From assembly GCA_002269645.1 (NCBI GenBank), contig NIVC01003104.1:116103-180102 (forward strand): a stretch of 64,000 nucleotides of DNA. Reading direction: 5' to 3'. Positions within the stretch are counted from its first letter, which is position 1. The number at the start of each line of letters is the position of its first letter. Shown here in pieces: positions 1 through 12,353 of this stretch. Origin of the DNA: Macrostomum lignano. Lineage: Eukaryota. A program made the translations under genes and the position numbers. The notes under the pieces are model-generated. The model worked only from the letters and a program-made list of their open reading frames with translations. It was not told the DNA's origin and did no database searches.

Positions 1-295
1 TGCTCTTAAATAATTTTTTATCCTAAATCATCTTGAAAAAAAAGTTCTATATCAATAAAACACGATCGATTTTTTATAATGTTGCTTTCTTACTCGGCGC
101 GATTTTAAAACTTTTTAATTTTTCAGTCCGCTTATATAGAGAGCTCTACCTAGAACTTGATCGAGTCTATAGAATAGTGACCTAGCGAGTGTGTATTAGT
201 TTATAGATAGAAAACAAGTTTAAAGCTGTGTCAAGACCTTTTAAAAGCGACTTTTAGTGTTAAAGATTATATATTTTCTTGTAAATCAGTGTCAA

Positions 296-434
296 ATGAA
301 CTCTCTTCTTTCGATTGTCACTCGCGGTCAAGCATCACGCCTGCTTTCAGTTGGAAAGAGCATTAAACTCTCAAATATCTATCATGGCAATTTTCGAGTC
401 TGTTCTTTTTCTCAACAAGCGAATAAAAACCAAG
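296..434 (+). CDS. GCSH: GCSH coding exon 1 (mitochondrial targeting peptide)
   Basis: ATG at 296; Arg/Ser/Leu-rich with no acidic residues; donor G|GTGAAA at 435 matches the phase of exon 2. Confidence 0.8.
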
Positions 435-3400
435 GTGAAAATTAATTATTTGATCTTTGACACTTATAATAACTTATAGTCTGGTGCTTTTCAGCTAGAT
501 GTTGCATTGACTTTTCAGTGCTGTGCACTTTTAAAGTGAGCTATTTTTTGTCAATGAGATAGCTATCCCAACCGGCCAACCTCCACCTGCCTGTCCTTCC
601 TGATCTAGGCCTAGATGTATAAAAGGGATTATATAATTTATATAATTTTGGGTAAATAGCAGGAGTAACTATGACTAAACTACTAAGGCAAAATGCCCCA
701 TCATCTAATTAGTACTGCATCTGTATTTTTTAAGTTTGCATTTTTAAAGTTTACCTTGGCTAGACCTCTTGCCACTTATTGGCCAATTGGCTGGGGTTGG
801 GCATGTATGGCAAGGATATTGTTGACTATAGTAAAGCACTTAGTAGCTAATCAAGTGGCTCATAGTAGCACAACCAGAAATTTTTTGAGGGGAGGGCAGA
901 TTCTAGAGGGTAAAGTTCCGGGAGGGGGGTGGAGGGGTGGCTCTGTTTTTGGCAAAAATTTGCTTGGTCCCTCCTTACTGGTGGCTCATTATATATATAA
1001 GCCATAGCTGGGAAAGTGGCAATTCCGGCACAAATTGGCCCTTTTTTGGCACACACGATGCACATAGGGTACAAGGAAAAATTGAAAATGCTCTGGCGGC
1101 GCACATGGCGCATGGCACTGAAAAAATATATAGTTACACTTTGTTATACTTTGCAAAATATATAGTATCAGGCCTAATTCCATAATTCATAAAATAAAAT
1201 GTTATACTAACATATGAAACATTCGCCGACACTTATTCAGACACTTCTACAGACACTTTAGTTTCTGTCATACAAATCGTAGGAACAAGCATTAAATTTG
1301 TTTATTCCTCACAAACTACCAATAAACTGCTTTATTTTAAGCTTTTTTGCTTTATTTTATTAAATATGAATTAGGAAGTGCCCTGGACAAATTTAACATT
1401 CTTCTTCATGTGAGTGAAGAGAATCTATGCAGAATAACAAATTTCATAATTCATATTTAATAAAATAAAGCAAAAAAAAGCTTAAAATAAAGCAGTTTAC
1501 TGATAGTTTGTTAGTTTGTTACTAATTCTATAATTCGTAAAATAAAATGTTATACTATCAGAGTACTAAAATTATGTAAATCACAATATAAAATACGTAA
1601 ATGAAATTCAAATTTGTCTACCATAAATTCAAATTTGTTTACCAGTGAATTATTAATTACCTTACCTTACCTTATCATGGCACGCTGCGGCGCACAAAAT
1701 ATTTTCTTCATGGCACACGGCGCACAGTGCTCAAAAGCCATCAAAATAGTTCCAGCGCACACTGTGCCACCTTCCCAACTATGGTATATAAGAACATTAA
1801 TACAACTTAGTAACTGCTAATTATGGTTTAATCATAGGGACCAATTATTTCTATTATAACTTGGTGGCAGGAATGAAATTAAAGAAATAGAAAAAATACT
1901 GTGTATATTAAAGAAATATAAAAATTAGGGCCTATACATTAAAGAAATAGCAGAGTTTTAAGGCTTAAGATATAGAACTTAGGTAAAAAATTAATTATTT
2001 GAAAAGTGTTTGTAAAATTAATGAATCAAAATCAGGCTAATGATAAATAGTCTTTGATAAGCATTGTTATATTTCCCAAGTATTTATATTTATTCTAAGT
2101 ATTTCCCAAGTCTTAGATAGAAACATTAGAAATAGGAATTGCTAGCTAATCTAGACCTGTCCACTGCATTTGTAGCATATGAATTGCATACAGCATGGAA
2201 AATCTTTTGCTTAAGTCCTTAACCCCAAGGACTAAAAAGCTCTCTTATATAAGCTTTGAAACAGACATTCATTCATTTTTGCCTGAAGTCCCACTCATAA
2301 AATCAAAGGCTCTAATCATGTTTTAGTTTTAGAGATTGAGTGCAAAATAAAATAGTTATATCCAGAGGAAAGTAAATAAACATTCATTTATAAGCCAAGT
2401 CTCAGTTATTAGGTGGCCAGTATTAATAGATATGGGAAATGTTCCTATAACCATATCCAATGTTTTGTCTAAAACCCCCTATCAATAACTTCCTATAGGC
2501 CTAGTTATATCTATAGCTATGACAGAACTCCAAAAGCTTGCAATTTTGCATGAAATTTTCTAGAATTTTCTAGAAATTCTTATAGTAGAATTTAAGATAA
2601 TATATAGCATGATATGTTTATGTTACATATTATGTGCACTTTTATAATGATGCTAAATATATTATAATTAAATATGGGTGCATTTTGCCTTCAAAATCTC
2701 CTTCAAAAGAGCGGCAGCCACTTTCCTATCCAAGTTGTACCACTGTTAAGATTATTAAAATAAGTTTGTCAAAAATCATTAAAAAAGACTGCATTTATTT
2801 ATGATATTAATTTGATTGCTATTAATAATGTACCTCATTTTGAAATTTTAGATGTTTACTACAGTAAGAAGCACGAGTATGTAATCATGGAGTCCGACTC
2901 TCTGGCTCGGGTTGGCATCTCCAACTATGCTCAGGAGAAGCTCGGCGACGTAGTCTATGTGCAGCTGCCAGAAGTGGATCGCATTATTGAGTTAAATGGT
3001 GAGATTTCTGCATTTTTCTTTCGTCCCTGTTTCTTCTTTCCTTTCATCCCTGTCTCTTCCCCTTTCACCCCTGTCTCTTCCCCTTTCACCCCTGTCTCTT
3101 CTCCTTTCATCCCTGTCTCTTCCCCTTTCACCCCTGTCGGCCTGTCTCTTCCCCTTTCACCCCTGTCTCTTCCCCTTTCACCCCTGTCTCTTCCCCTTTC
3201 ACCCCTGTCTCTTCCCCTTTTCATCCCTGTCTCTTCCCCTTTCACCCCTGTCGGCCTGTCTCTTCCCTTTCACCCCTGTCTCTTCCCCTTTCACCCCTGT
3301 CTCTTCCCCTTTCACCCCTGTCTCTTCCCCTTTCATCCCTGTCTCTTCCCCTTTCACCCCTGTCTCTTCCCCTTTCATCCCTGTCTCTTCCCCTTTCACC

Positions 3401-6232
3401 CCTGTCTCTTCCCCTTTCACCCCTGTCTCTTCCCCTTTCATCCCTGTCTCTTCCCCTTTCACCCCTGTCTCTTCCTCTTTCACCCCTGTCTCTTCTCCTT
3501 TCATCCCTGTCTCTTCCCCTTTCACCCCTGTCGGCCTGTCTCTTCCCCTTTCACCCCTGTCTCTTCCCCTTTCATCCCTGTCTCTTCCCCTTTCACCCCT
3601 GTCTCTTCCCCTTTTCATCCCTGTCTCTTCCCCTTTCACCCCTGTCTCTTCCCATTTCACCCTGTCTCTTCCCCTTTCACCCCTGTCTCTTCCCCTTTCA
3701 CCCCTGTCTCTTCCCCTTTCACCCCTGTCTCTTCCCCTTTCACCCCTGTCTCTTCCCCTTTCACCCCTGTCTATTCTCCTTTCATCCCTGTCTCTTCCCC
3801 TTTCATCCCTGACCCTGTCTCATCTTTCATCCCTGTCTCATCTCCTTTCACCCCTGTCTCTTCTCCTTTCATCCCTGTCTCATCTCCTTTCATCCCTGTC
3901 TCTTCTCCTTTCATCCCTGTCTCATCTCCTTTCATCCCTGTCTCTTCTCCTTTCATCCCTGTCTCATCTCCTTTCATCCCTGTCTCTTCTCCTTTCATCC
4001 CTGTCTCATCTCCTTTCATCCCTGTCTCATCTCCTTTCATCCCTGTCTCTTCTCCTTTCATCCCTGTCTCTTCTCCTTTCATCCCTGTCTCTTCCCCTTT
4101 CATCCCTGTCTCATCTCCTTTCACCCCTGTCTCTTCTCCTTTCATCCCTGTCTCTTCTCCTTTCATCCCTGTCTCATCTCCTTTCATCCCTGTCTCTTCC
4201 CCTTTCATCCTTGTCTGTTTTTTTCACCCTTGTTTCCCCATTTCATCCCTGTCTCTTCTTTTTTCATCCCTGTCTCTTCCCCTTTCATCCCTGTCTCTTC
4301 CCTTTTACCCCTGTCTCTCCCTGATCTTCTGATTATATCGCAGACAATTGCAGCTCAATCCAGCTCGCGTCTCCCGCCCATTTCAGAGGATGTAGCAGCA
4401 GTGGAGTCGGTGAAAGCGGCCAGCGAAGTCTACTCCCCTGTGTCTGGCACCGTCACCGATGTTAACAAATCGCTAGAAACTGACTTCGCCCTCATCAACA
4501 AGTCGCCCCTAGAGAAAGGTCAGTTTTCACTGGTTTAAACAGTGTGGGTAATGGGTATCGGCTGACCCTATATAATATAATACTGGCCGCTAGTTTTCCA
4601 GGTCGCAACAGCGTGCGTCTAAGCTCTTATTGTCTTGTCTGACGCACATTTTCCTTATCAGTTATGCAGACATATAGTTATCTGAATTGGGCGTCAGTAT
4701 TGTACAGTCTTGTACACAGAGATTCGCGCCATTTCTTCACGTGCAGGTGCAAGTCTGTTTAGTAAATTTCCGTCCCAACGGAACACCTGGGGGGAGGGGA
4801 GGAGGCTCGTTAACTATTTTTGACCGCTTGCAGAAAATTCCGCCCCACAACTGCACCACGAATCATAAAGTGTATTCGTTCTCTTGGATTCCAGTGTGCT
4901 AATCTGCTGATTTTGAGTAGTTTTGTGCAGTTTTTTGGGGGAAATCTAGATCTGTCTGGAGGGGGTTATTCTCTGTGTCTCTACTGCAGTTTCTCACATC
5001 AAATGGGGGGTATTCTCTGTGTCTCTACTGCAGTTTGTCATATCAAATGGGGGGTATTCTCTGTGTCTCTACTGCAGTTTGTCACATCAAATGGGGGGTA
5101 TTCTCTGTGTCTCTACTGCAGTTTGTCATATCAAATAGGGGGTATTCTCTGTGTCTCTACTGCAGTTTGTCATATCAAATGGGGGTATTCTCTGTGTCTG
5201 AACTGCAGTTTCTCATATCAAATGGGGTATTCTCTGTGTCTGAACTGCAGTTTCTCATATCAAATGGGGGTATTCTCTGTGTCTGAACTGCAGTTTCTCA
5301 TATCAAATGGGGGTATTCTCTGTGTCTGAACTGCAGTTTCTCATATCAAATGGGGGGTATTCTCTGTGTCTCTACTGCAGTTTGTCATATCAAATGGGGG
5401 GGTATTCTCTGTGTCTGAACTGCAGTTTCTCATATCAAGTGGGGGGGGGGTATTCTCTGTGTCTGAACTGCAGTTTCTCATATCAAATGGGGTATTCTCT
5501 GTGTCTGAACTGCAGTTTCTCATATCAAATGGGGGTATTCTCTGTGTCTGAACTGCAGTTTCTCATATCAAATGGGGTATTCTCTGTGTCTGAACTGCAG
5601 TTTCTCATATCAAATGGGGGTATTCTCTGTGTCTGAACTGCAGTGTGTCATATCAGTCTGGGGGTATTTTCCATACCTGAACTGCAGTGTGTCATATCAG
5701 TCCGGGGTATTTTCTATACCTGAACTGCAGTGTGTCATATCAGTCCGGGGTATTTTCCATACCTGAACTGCAGTGTGTCATATCAGTCCGGGGTATTTTC
5801 CATACCTGAACTGCAGTGTGTCATATCAGTCCGGGGTATTTTCCATACCTGAACTGCAGTGTGTCATATCAGTCCGGGGTATTTTCCATACCTGAACTGC
5901 AGTGTGTCATATCAGTCCGGGGTATTTTCCATACCTGAACTGCAGTGTGTCATATCAGTCCGGGGTATTTTCCATACCTGAACTGCAGTGTGTCATATCA
6001 GTCCGGGGTATTTTCTATACCTGAACTAGTAAACATAATAGTTTTGTTTCACTCAGGCTTGAAAGTTTGGCAAAGAAATTTCCTCTAGAAAAAAGCATGC
6101 TGAAACTGTTTTGCAGGCTGGATTTTCAAGGTCAGCCTGAGCGACAAGGACGAGCTGAAGCTGCTGATGGACCAGGCTGCCTACGACAAATACCTGAAGA
6201 ACGAGGCAGACGAAGAAGACGATCATCACTAG
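296..6232 (+). CDS. GCSH: Glycine cleavage system H protein, mitochondrial precursor; join(296..434,2852..2998,4387..4518,6117..6232), 177 aa
   Basis: Spliced translation gives a targeting-like leader MNSLLSIVTRGQASRLL, then YSKKHEY...RVGISNYAQEKLGDVVYVQLP, the lipoyl motif VESVKAASEVYSPVSG (Lys codon 4413-4415) and GWIFKV...LMDQAAYDKY. All three introns are GT-AG and phase 1; total length 534 nt is divisible by 3. Confidence 0.96.
1002..1784. mobile_element. Non-autonomous hAT-type DNA transposon (MITE), 783 bp, in GCSH intron 1
   Basis: 20-bp TIRs CCATAGCTGGGAAAGTGGCA (1002-1021) and TGCCACCTTCCCAACTATGG (1765-1784) with 2 mismatches. Perfect 8-bp TSD TATATAAG (994-1001, 1785-1792). Subterminal GGCAC/GGCGCAC motifs and an internal inverted repeat (~1315-1373 vs ~1449-1510). 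Confidence 0.85.
2852..2998 (+). CDS. GCSH: GCSH coding exon 2
   Basis: TTTTAG acceptor; encodes VYYSKKHEYV...LPEVDRIIELN; donor GTGAGA. Confidence 0.95.
3023..4320. repeat. 21-bp pyrimidine-rich minisatellite (CCCTGTCTCTTCCCCTTTCAC), ~60 copies, fills GCSH intron 2
   Basis: Direct tandem periodicity (PVSSPFT repeat in translation). Confidence 0.95.
4387..4518 (+). CDS. GCSH: GCSH coding exon 3 (lipoyl-lysine)
   Basis: TTTCAG acceptor; encodes DVAAVESVKAASEVYSPVSG...SPLEK; donor GTCAGT. Confidence 0.96.
4566..6029 (+). mobile_element. Possible non-autonomous Helitron-like element in GCSH intron 3
   Basis: Starts A|CCCTATATAATATAA (similar to Helitron TC(C)TATATAAT starts, but the first base is C). 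Ends with hairpin GGTAT-TTTCT-ATACC (6007-6021) followed by TGAACTAG|T. Confidence 0.45.
4962..6025. repeat. ~41-43-bp minisatellite in two graded subtypes (GGGGTATTCTCTGTGTCTGAACTGCAGTTTCTCATATCAAAT then CCGGGGTATTTTCCATACCTGAACTGCAGTGTGTCATATCAGT)
   Basis: Tandem units; subtype switch near 5640. Confidence 0.93.
6117..6232 (+). CDS. GCSH: GCSH coding exon 4 (terminal)
   Basis: TTGCAG acceptor; encodes GWIFKVSLSDKDELKLLMDQAAYDKYLKNEADEEDDHH; TAG at 6230-6232. Confidence 0.94.
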
Positions 6233-7252
6233 CTGTCCAATGATTATCACCGTGCTGACTGTCTTATTTATCTTTTGATATTCGTTAAATACTACTAATA
6301 TTATCGATAGTAGAAATGGGCAGTAGGTAGGTATATAAATTAATCGAAAAAAATATTTCTGCACTTTTTCTGTGTGTCTCAGTCTCGAATTTCCCCATAT
6401 AGTGACTCCCGTGCGCTCGCTTGCGGCGTCCTTGCCTGAAATCGTTATAAAAATATTCTTACCGTTAAATCTATTTTGGAGTGTCTCATTTTGCTGCTTT
6501 CATATCCGCTGCCTTCAATGTCTCGTTGCTTGAGGAATAATTGCCGAAATGTCTCTCGGCCTTGTTATTCTAGTACGAAAACTATTTTTAGCTCATAACA
6601 AATTTTTTTTATGCACGCGTGTTCCTTATTTACTACTGATAGTAGCTTGAATTCCGATTCGCATAAAAACTATTGCAGATAAAAAGCGAAAAAAGACAAA
6701 ATCAGTTTATCAATAAAAAACAATCATTTTGATTTGTTGAACTAACAGCGCTGACTTATCTGACAGGATTTAGGCACAAAGATTGGTTTGCTTTGAATAA
6801 TAATTTAGTAAGCTGCAGCACATTGCCAATTGCAAGATTTGTGTTGAACAATGTCTCTCCAACTCCGCTGTCAGTCGCCCGCTGTGTGCTATAAATTCCA
6901 TGCACCGATTTGGTCTGTTTTTTCTTTAATAATTCCCAAATTGCCCACAGATTTCATTGGCTTTTACTCGTAAAATTGAAAAATATATATTAATCCATTT
7001 GGTGCACTATATATACTACTGTTAGTCATCTATTGTCCTTTTTCAATATTGATTAAGTAAAATGGATTGAGCTTGCGTGTTAGCCCTTCGCTGGTAAATC
7101 CAGTCCTTGCAAGGCATATCGCTTGCTTGCCAAAATAATCATAATTCATTGCATCTATGAGTTAATTGACATTTTATCGTTTCATTTTTCAACTCTAGTT
7201 TAATCTGGGTGTCTTATGGAATATGGATGCCCTGTCATCCCGATTTGGGCAT

Positions 7253-7622
7253 GACACTTAAATCTCACCTGAGACGCTAAATATGACACTCAAATCTCAC
7301 CTGAGACGCTAAATATGACACTCAAATCTCACCTGAGACGCTAAATATGACACTCAAATCTCACCTGAGACGCTAAATATGACACTCAAATCTCACCTGA
7401 GACGCTAAATATGACACTCAAATCTCACCTGAGACGCTAAATATGACACTCAAATCTCACCTGAGACGCTGAATGTGACACTCAAATCTCACCTGGGACA
7501 CTGAATATGACACTCAATTCTCACCTGAGACACTAAATATGACGCTCAAATCTCACCTGAGACACTGAATTTGACACTCAATTCTCACCTGAGACACTGA
7601 ATATGACACTCAATTCTCACCT
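7253..7622. repeat. 32-bp minisatellite (TGACACTCAAATCTCACCTGAGACGCTAAATA), ~11 copies
   Basis: Direct tandem periodicity. Confidence 0.93.
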
Positions 7623-8520
7623 GCGAACTGCAACACCGGCTTCAAAATGACAATGCATTAACGTATATCATTTCATACCACGTACAGTTCTGAGCTGCAT
7701 CCTATCGCAGTAGGGCGACCTCAAGTTAACTTGCCACTCACTCACCCTTCAGCAGCTTTTTTATCTACTAACCGCGACCAACTCTGCTTAACTTGCAGCA
7801 ATGTTTTTGCCTTGGTGGTGTTCCCTAACCCACTGAACTTAGTAAACTTGCCAAATATAAGCTCGTATAGCTAGCTAGTCTATTATCAGTAGTGTGAATG
7901 AGGCAAAACTATAGATAATGCATAACATATCACCATCAAAGCTTTATTAATGCCTTAATAATTAAATGACATCAGGATTTCACGCCCCCCCCCATGTTGT
8001 GCAAATCTTAAATTATTTGTCATATGTCGGTCTCAGTGATCACATTAGCATTGGCGTTGGCGTAAAGCGTTGCTTAAATTGGTTTGGTGTTTGCATTTAT
8101 ATTTTAACGCTTTTATTATATAGCGATATGTAGCCTGAATAATACGACTATATGATACAGTTTGCCATTGCCCGAGTCTGTGGGAAGATTAATAGGACGG
8201 CGATTCTGTCCGTTCCAGCTGGCTAAACAGCCATACTGTATCGGCATGGTCCCCGTGCTCAGAGGGTTTGGGATTTTTCTGACAACTGATTCTGCTCACA
8301 GTCTGATTTGAAAATCTTTCAGCTGCTACTTAACTATTCCCAATGCCTGTGTTATTACTTCTTTTAGTTTGCATGTCTTCTTGGGTTTCGCCTCTTACCC
8401 TCAAGAATTCAATATAAACTCCCAGTTGACATCGCAGCACTCCGTGTGCTATTAAATTGTAGTTACACTTCTCTCTTTGAGCGGCTCTATTGCGTGTAGC
8501 TATATTTTGCGGATATATAG

Positions 8521-9642
8521 AGAGGGCTATGACGGGAGAGAATGGGCACTAAGAGGGCTATGACGGGAGAGAATGGGCACTGAGAGGGCTATGACGGGAG
8601 AGAGTAGACACTGAGAGGGCTATGGCAGGAGAAAGTAGACACTGATAGGGATATGACGGGAGAGAGTAGACACTGAGGGGGCTATGACGGGAGAGAGTAG
8701 ACACTGAGGGGGCTATGACGGGAGAGAGTAGATACTGAGGGGCTATGACGAGAGTAGACACTGAGGGGGCTATGACGAGAGTAGACACTGAGGGGGCTAT
8801 GACGAGAGTAGATACTGAGGGGGCTATGACGAGAGTAGACACTGAGGGGGCTATGACGTGAGAGAGTAGACACTGAGGGGGCTATGACAGGAGAGAGTAG
8901 ATACTGAGGGGGCTATGACGGGAGAGAGTAGATACTGAGGGGGCTATGACGAGAGTAGACACTGAGGGGGCTATGACGTGAGAGAGTAGACACTGAGGAG
9001 GCTATGACGAGAGTAGACACTGATGGGGCTATGACGAGAGTAGACACTGAGGGGGCTATGACGTGAGAGAGTAGACACTGAGGGGGCTATGACGTGAGAG
9101 AGTAGACACTGAGGGGGCTATGACGTGAGAGAGTAGACACTGAGGGGGCTATGACGTGAGTAGACACTGAGGGGGCTATGACGGGAGAGAGTAGATACTG
9201 AGGGGGCTATGACGGGAGATAGTAGACACTGAGGGGGCTATGACGGGAGAGAGTAGACACTGAGGGGGCTATGACGTGAGAGAGTAGATACTGAGGGGGC
9301 TATGACGTGAGAGAGTAGACACTGAGGGGGCTATGACGGGAGAGAGTAGACACTGAGGGGGCTATGACGGGAGAGAGTAGACACTGAGGGGGCTATGACG
9401 AGAGTAGATACTGAGGGGGCTATGACGGGAGATAGTAGACACTGAGGGGGCTATGACGGGAGAGAGTAGATACTGAGGGGGCTATGACGGGAGAGAGTAG
9501 ACACTGAGGGGGCTATGACGGGAGAGTGTAGACACTGAGGGGACTATGACGGGAGAGTGTAGACACTGAGGGGGCTATGACGGGAGAGAGTAGACACTGA
9601 GGGGGCTATGACGGGAGAGAGTAGACACTGAGGGGGCTGTGA
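8521..9642. repeat. ~27-31-bp minisatellite (GAGGGGGCTATGACGGGAGAGAGTAGACACT), ~36 copies
   Basis: Direct tandem periodicity with short-deletion variants. Confidence 0.95.
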
Positions 9643-10952
9643 CGCTTGCATTTTATATCGACAGGGAAAGAAGAAAGATTGAGAATAAAGGTAAGATATG
9701 ATAATCGAGTAGAGTTATGAATGGGCCCTGCCCGATAGGCCCGGGGGTTCCCCCAGGTGGGGATGAAAAATGGAGAGCCAAAACTATGAGATGAGATGCA
9801 GTGCAGACACAGCTTCGTTCGTATGGCCATTTATTATCGATGGATGGAAGCCGGAACATTAACTGTAACACAAACTATATTGCATATATCAGGAGGTGAC
9901 CTGTCCATCCACTCTCCTAAGCTTGCGGGGCGCAGGATATTGATATGTACTATGATGAGGCATTGAATTTGAATCCAAAGCTCATAAGCAGCGGATGGAG
10001 GTACGCGGAAGGAACTTGAGGCATGATGGAGACGGCGGTCCAGAAAGGAGAATGAAGGCGAATCCCGTGTGAAGCAGTGAACACTGAGTTTGACCGATGT
10101 TGCCGCGCGAGATCTGCACGCAGCTTCCCCCCCCATTATTATCGTGGGGATGGAGGAATGGCAGCAGCTGACCTCCTGGGGATTTAGGCTGGCTGCCAGT
10201 AGGCACAGTTGAGCAGGACTGTGATGGATATATTCGGATTTCTCCATTCTCTCTCTCTTATCCCACCGGGAAGACTGAGTGTACGCAGGCAGAGAAATTC
10301 GGGTGGGCAAAATATAAAATATAACAGGCTGGCGAATCGAGCAGCAGATTTGCATGAAATGGCGCGGGAGCCTGAAGGAAGGGGATTAATGCTGAGTTCG
10401 CCGCCCCCCCGTCAGCCTCCCTCTGATGCTGCCTGCCTCTCCCGCCAAAAGGAGGCCAAATGGAAAATAAAAGTATGCCACAGCTGATGGCGCTTGCTGC
10501 TCCTGTGCTCCTGTATCCCAGACTTGTCTCCCGATCCATACCGATCCGTATTGATTTTTCAATTCTCCCCAACCGTTTCCACTTCTGTTCAATAGCCCCG
10601 CTCTCCGCCTCTCCTTCCAACTGGCTCAGTTCCTCCGCTTTCTCGATGCTCAAATTTTTTATATCCCATCTGTCCTGTTTCCTAAGCTAGGGGCCTCGGC
10701 GCCTAAGGGTGCGCTCTGTGCTCAGGTTAATTAGACTCTGGCGGAAAGCCAAAAGCAGTTGGTCACGCGATTCGATAGCAAATCTTCCCGAGTAGCAGCA
10801 AGAGTAGGACGCAACACCCGGATGAACTTACTGCATGGCTAAGTCTAGATAACAAGTCTTCAGTTTTTTAGCACTGAACTGCACAATATTTCACCTGGAC
10901 TTCGGAATTCCAAATTAAGCAAGCATAGGTATTTTTGCAGCAGGTTTCTTAA

Positions 10953-11238
10953 GAGGACAGGGCACTGAGGACTGTCACAGGAAGGACAGGGCACTGAAGA
11001 CTGTCACAGGAAGGACAGGGAACTGAGGACTGTCACAGGAAGCTCAGGGAACTGAGGACTGTCACAGGAAGCACAGGGAATTGAAGACTGTCACAGGAAG
11101 CACAGGGAATTGAAGACTGTCACAGGAAGCACAGGGAATTGAAGACTGTCACAGGAAGCTCAGGGAACTGAGGACTGTCACAGGAAGCACAGGGCACTGA
11201 GGACTGTCACAGGAAGCACAGGGCACTGAGGACTGTCA
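10953..11238 (+). repeat. 29-bp minisatellite (AGGAAGGACAGGGCACTGAGGACTGTCAC), ~10 copies
   Basis: Unit is the reverse complement of the array at 13186-14058. Confidence 0.93.
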
Positions 11239-11973
11239 GAAATAATCGGCCTTCCTTCTGCTTTATTTGTTCGTGATTATAAATAATCCCACGAATCCCA
11301 ATTAAAGTCTGGTACAGAATTAAATTTCGAAGCCAGCTCGGTCACTAAAGAGTGGAGCCAATCAGCATAGCCGTCCAGGTTTGTCCTAAGTATAACAGTC
11401 TGAGCTTCTGAGCTTTAATATTTCAGAGGCCGGGGTGCTGGCAGAGGGTGGGGTAAAGTGGCATCGGGCGTTAATTTTTTATCTCGTCTCCATTGGAAGC
11501 CGCCCCGGTGCAAAGGCTCTGCTGGAGCTGTTGGAGAGCGTCTACCATGCCGTCATTCCCCCTTGCAGCTTCTCTTCCCCATCCCCAACCGTACTCCCCA
11601 ATCCACCTCGGCGCTTCCCTCTTCCCTTTTCCTGCCTCGCCCGTGATCAGCTGAGGAAGGCGCACAGGGTCTGGGAAAAGCCACTCGGTGTGGATTGGGT
11701 CTCCGGCTGAAGTGGCCGTGGAGACGAACTGAAATAGAAGCGATAGAGCCGGGAGAAAGCGAGTCGGCTCGTTTAGCGGATCGGCAATTTCAGCCCTCCA
11801 ATTTATTTTCGAGTCTCCTTCGCTCTTGAAATTTATCTGCCCGAGGGCCCAGCGAGTCTCGAATCGAATCAACCTCGGAGATCCCCAGCCGCCCCTGGAG
11901 TTTTTATTCATCCATTGGGAAATTGTAAAACATCTCGTACGGCTGTTAGACTGCAGCGCCACCTGTTGCGGCC

Positions 11974-12353
11974 ATGCTCAACTACCTGAAGCGCCGATTC
12001 TCGTCGGGCGATCTGCAAGGCGAAGGAGCTGACAGCCGGGCACAGCAGGAACAGGAGCTCCAGCAGCAGCAGCAGCAGGAGCAGCAAAAAGAGCAAAAAG
12101 AGCAACAGGAGCAAAAGAAAGCGGAAGCTCGGGAATCGCAGGCAGCCACGCCGGTGCAGCCAAGAAAGTCGGTCTACCCAAGCGCGCCAACGTCGCCATC
12201 GAAGACTGCGCAGCCGGCGCCAACTTCGGCCAGCAGCTTCGCTGGGCAGATCGGCAGCAGCATCATCGGCCGCAGCCTGCTGTTCCACGGCCGGTCGGCC
12301 AGCCGGGACCGCTGCAAGGTTCTGCTGGTTGTTGACGAGCCGCACACGGATTG
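11974..12353 (+). CDS. Syn: Synapsin coding exon 1 (domains A, B, start of C)
   Basis: GCCATG start; donor TG|GTGAGC. Confidence 0.95.

Noticed and set aside
876-989. Small MITE bounded by a GTGGCTCAT direct repeat
   Set aside because: Terminal inverted repeats are too weak to support the call.
2999-4332. 506/442-aa ORFs extending GCSH exon 2
   Set aside because: Read-through into the 21-bp intronic minisatellite; the real exon ends at the 2999 donor.
6053-6364. 103-aa hydrophobic minus-strand ORF
   Set aside because: Largely antisense to GCSH exon 4 and its AT-rich 3' UTR; GTG start and no recognisable homology.
9650-10690. Several overlapping 70-170-aa ORFs in GC-richer unique DNA
   Set aside because: No recognisable domain or consistent splice pattern; may be a repeat or regulatory DNA upstream of synapsin.
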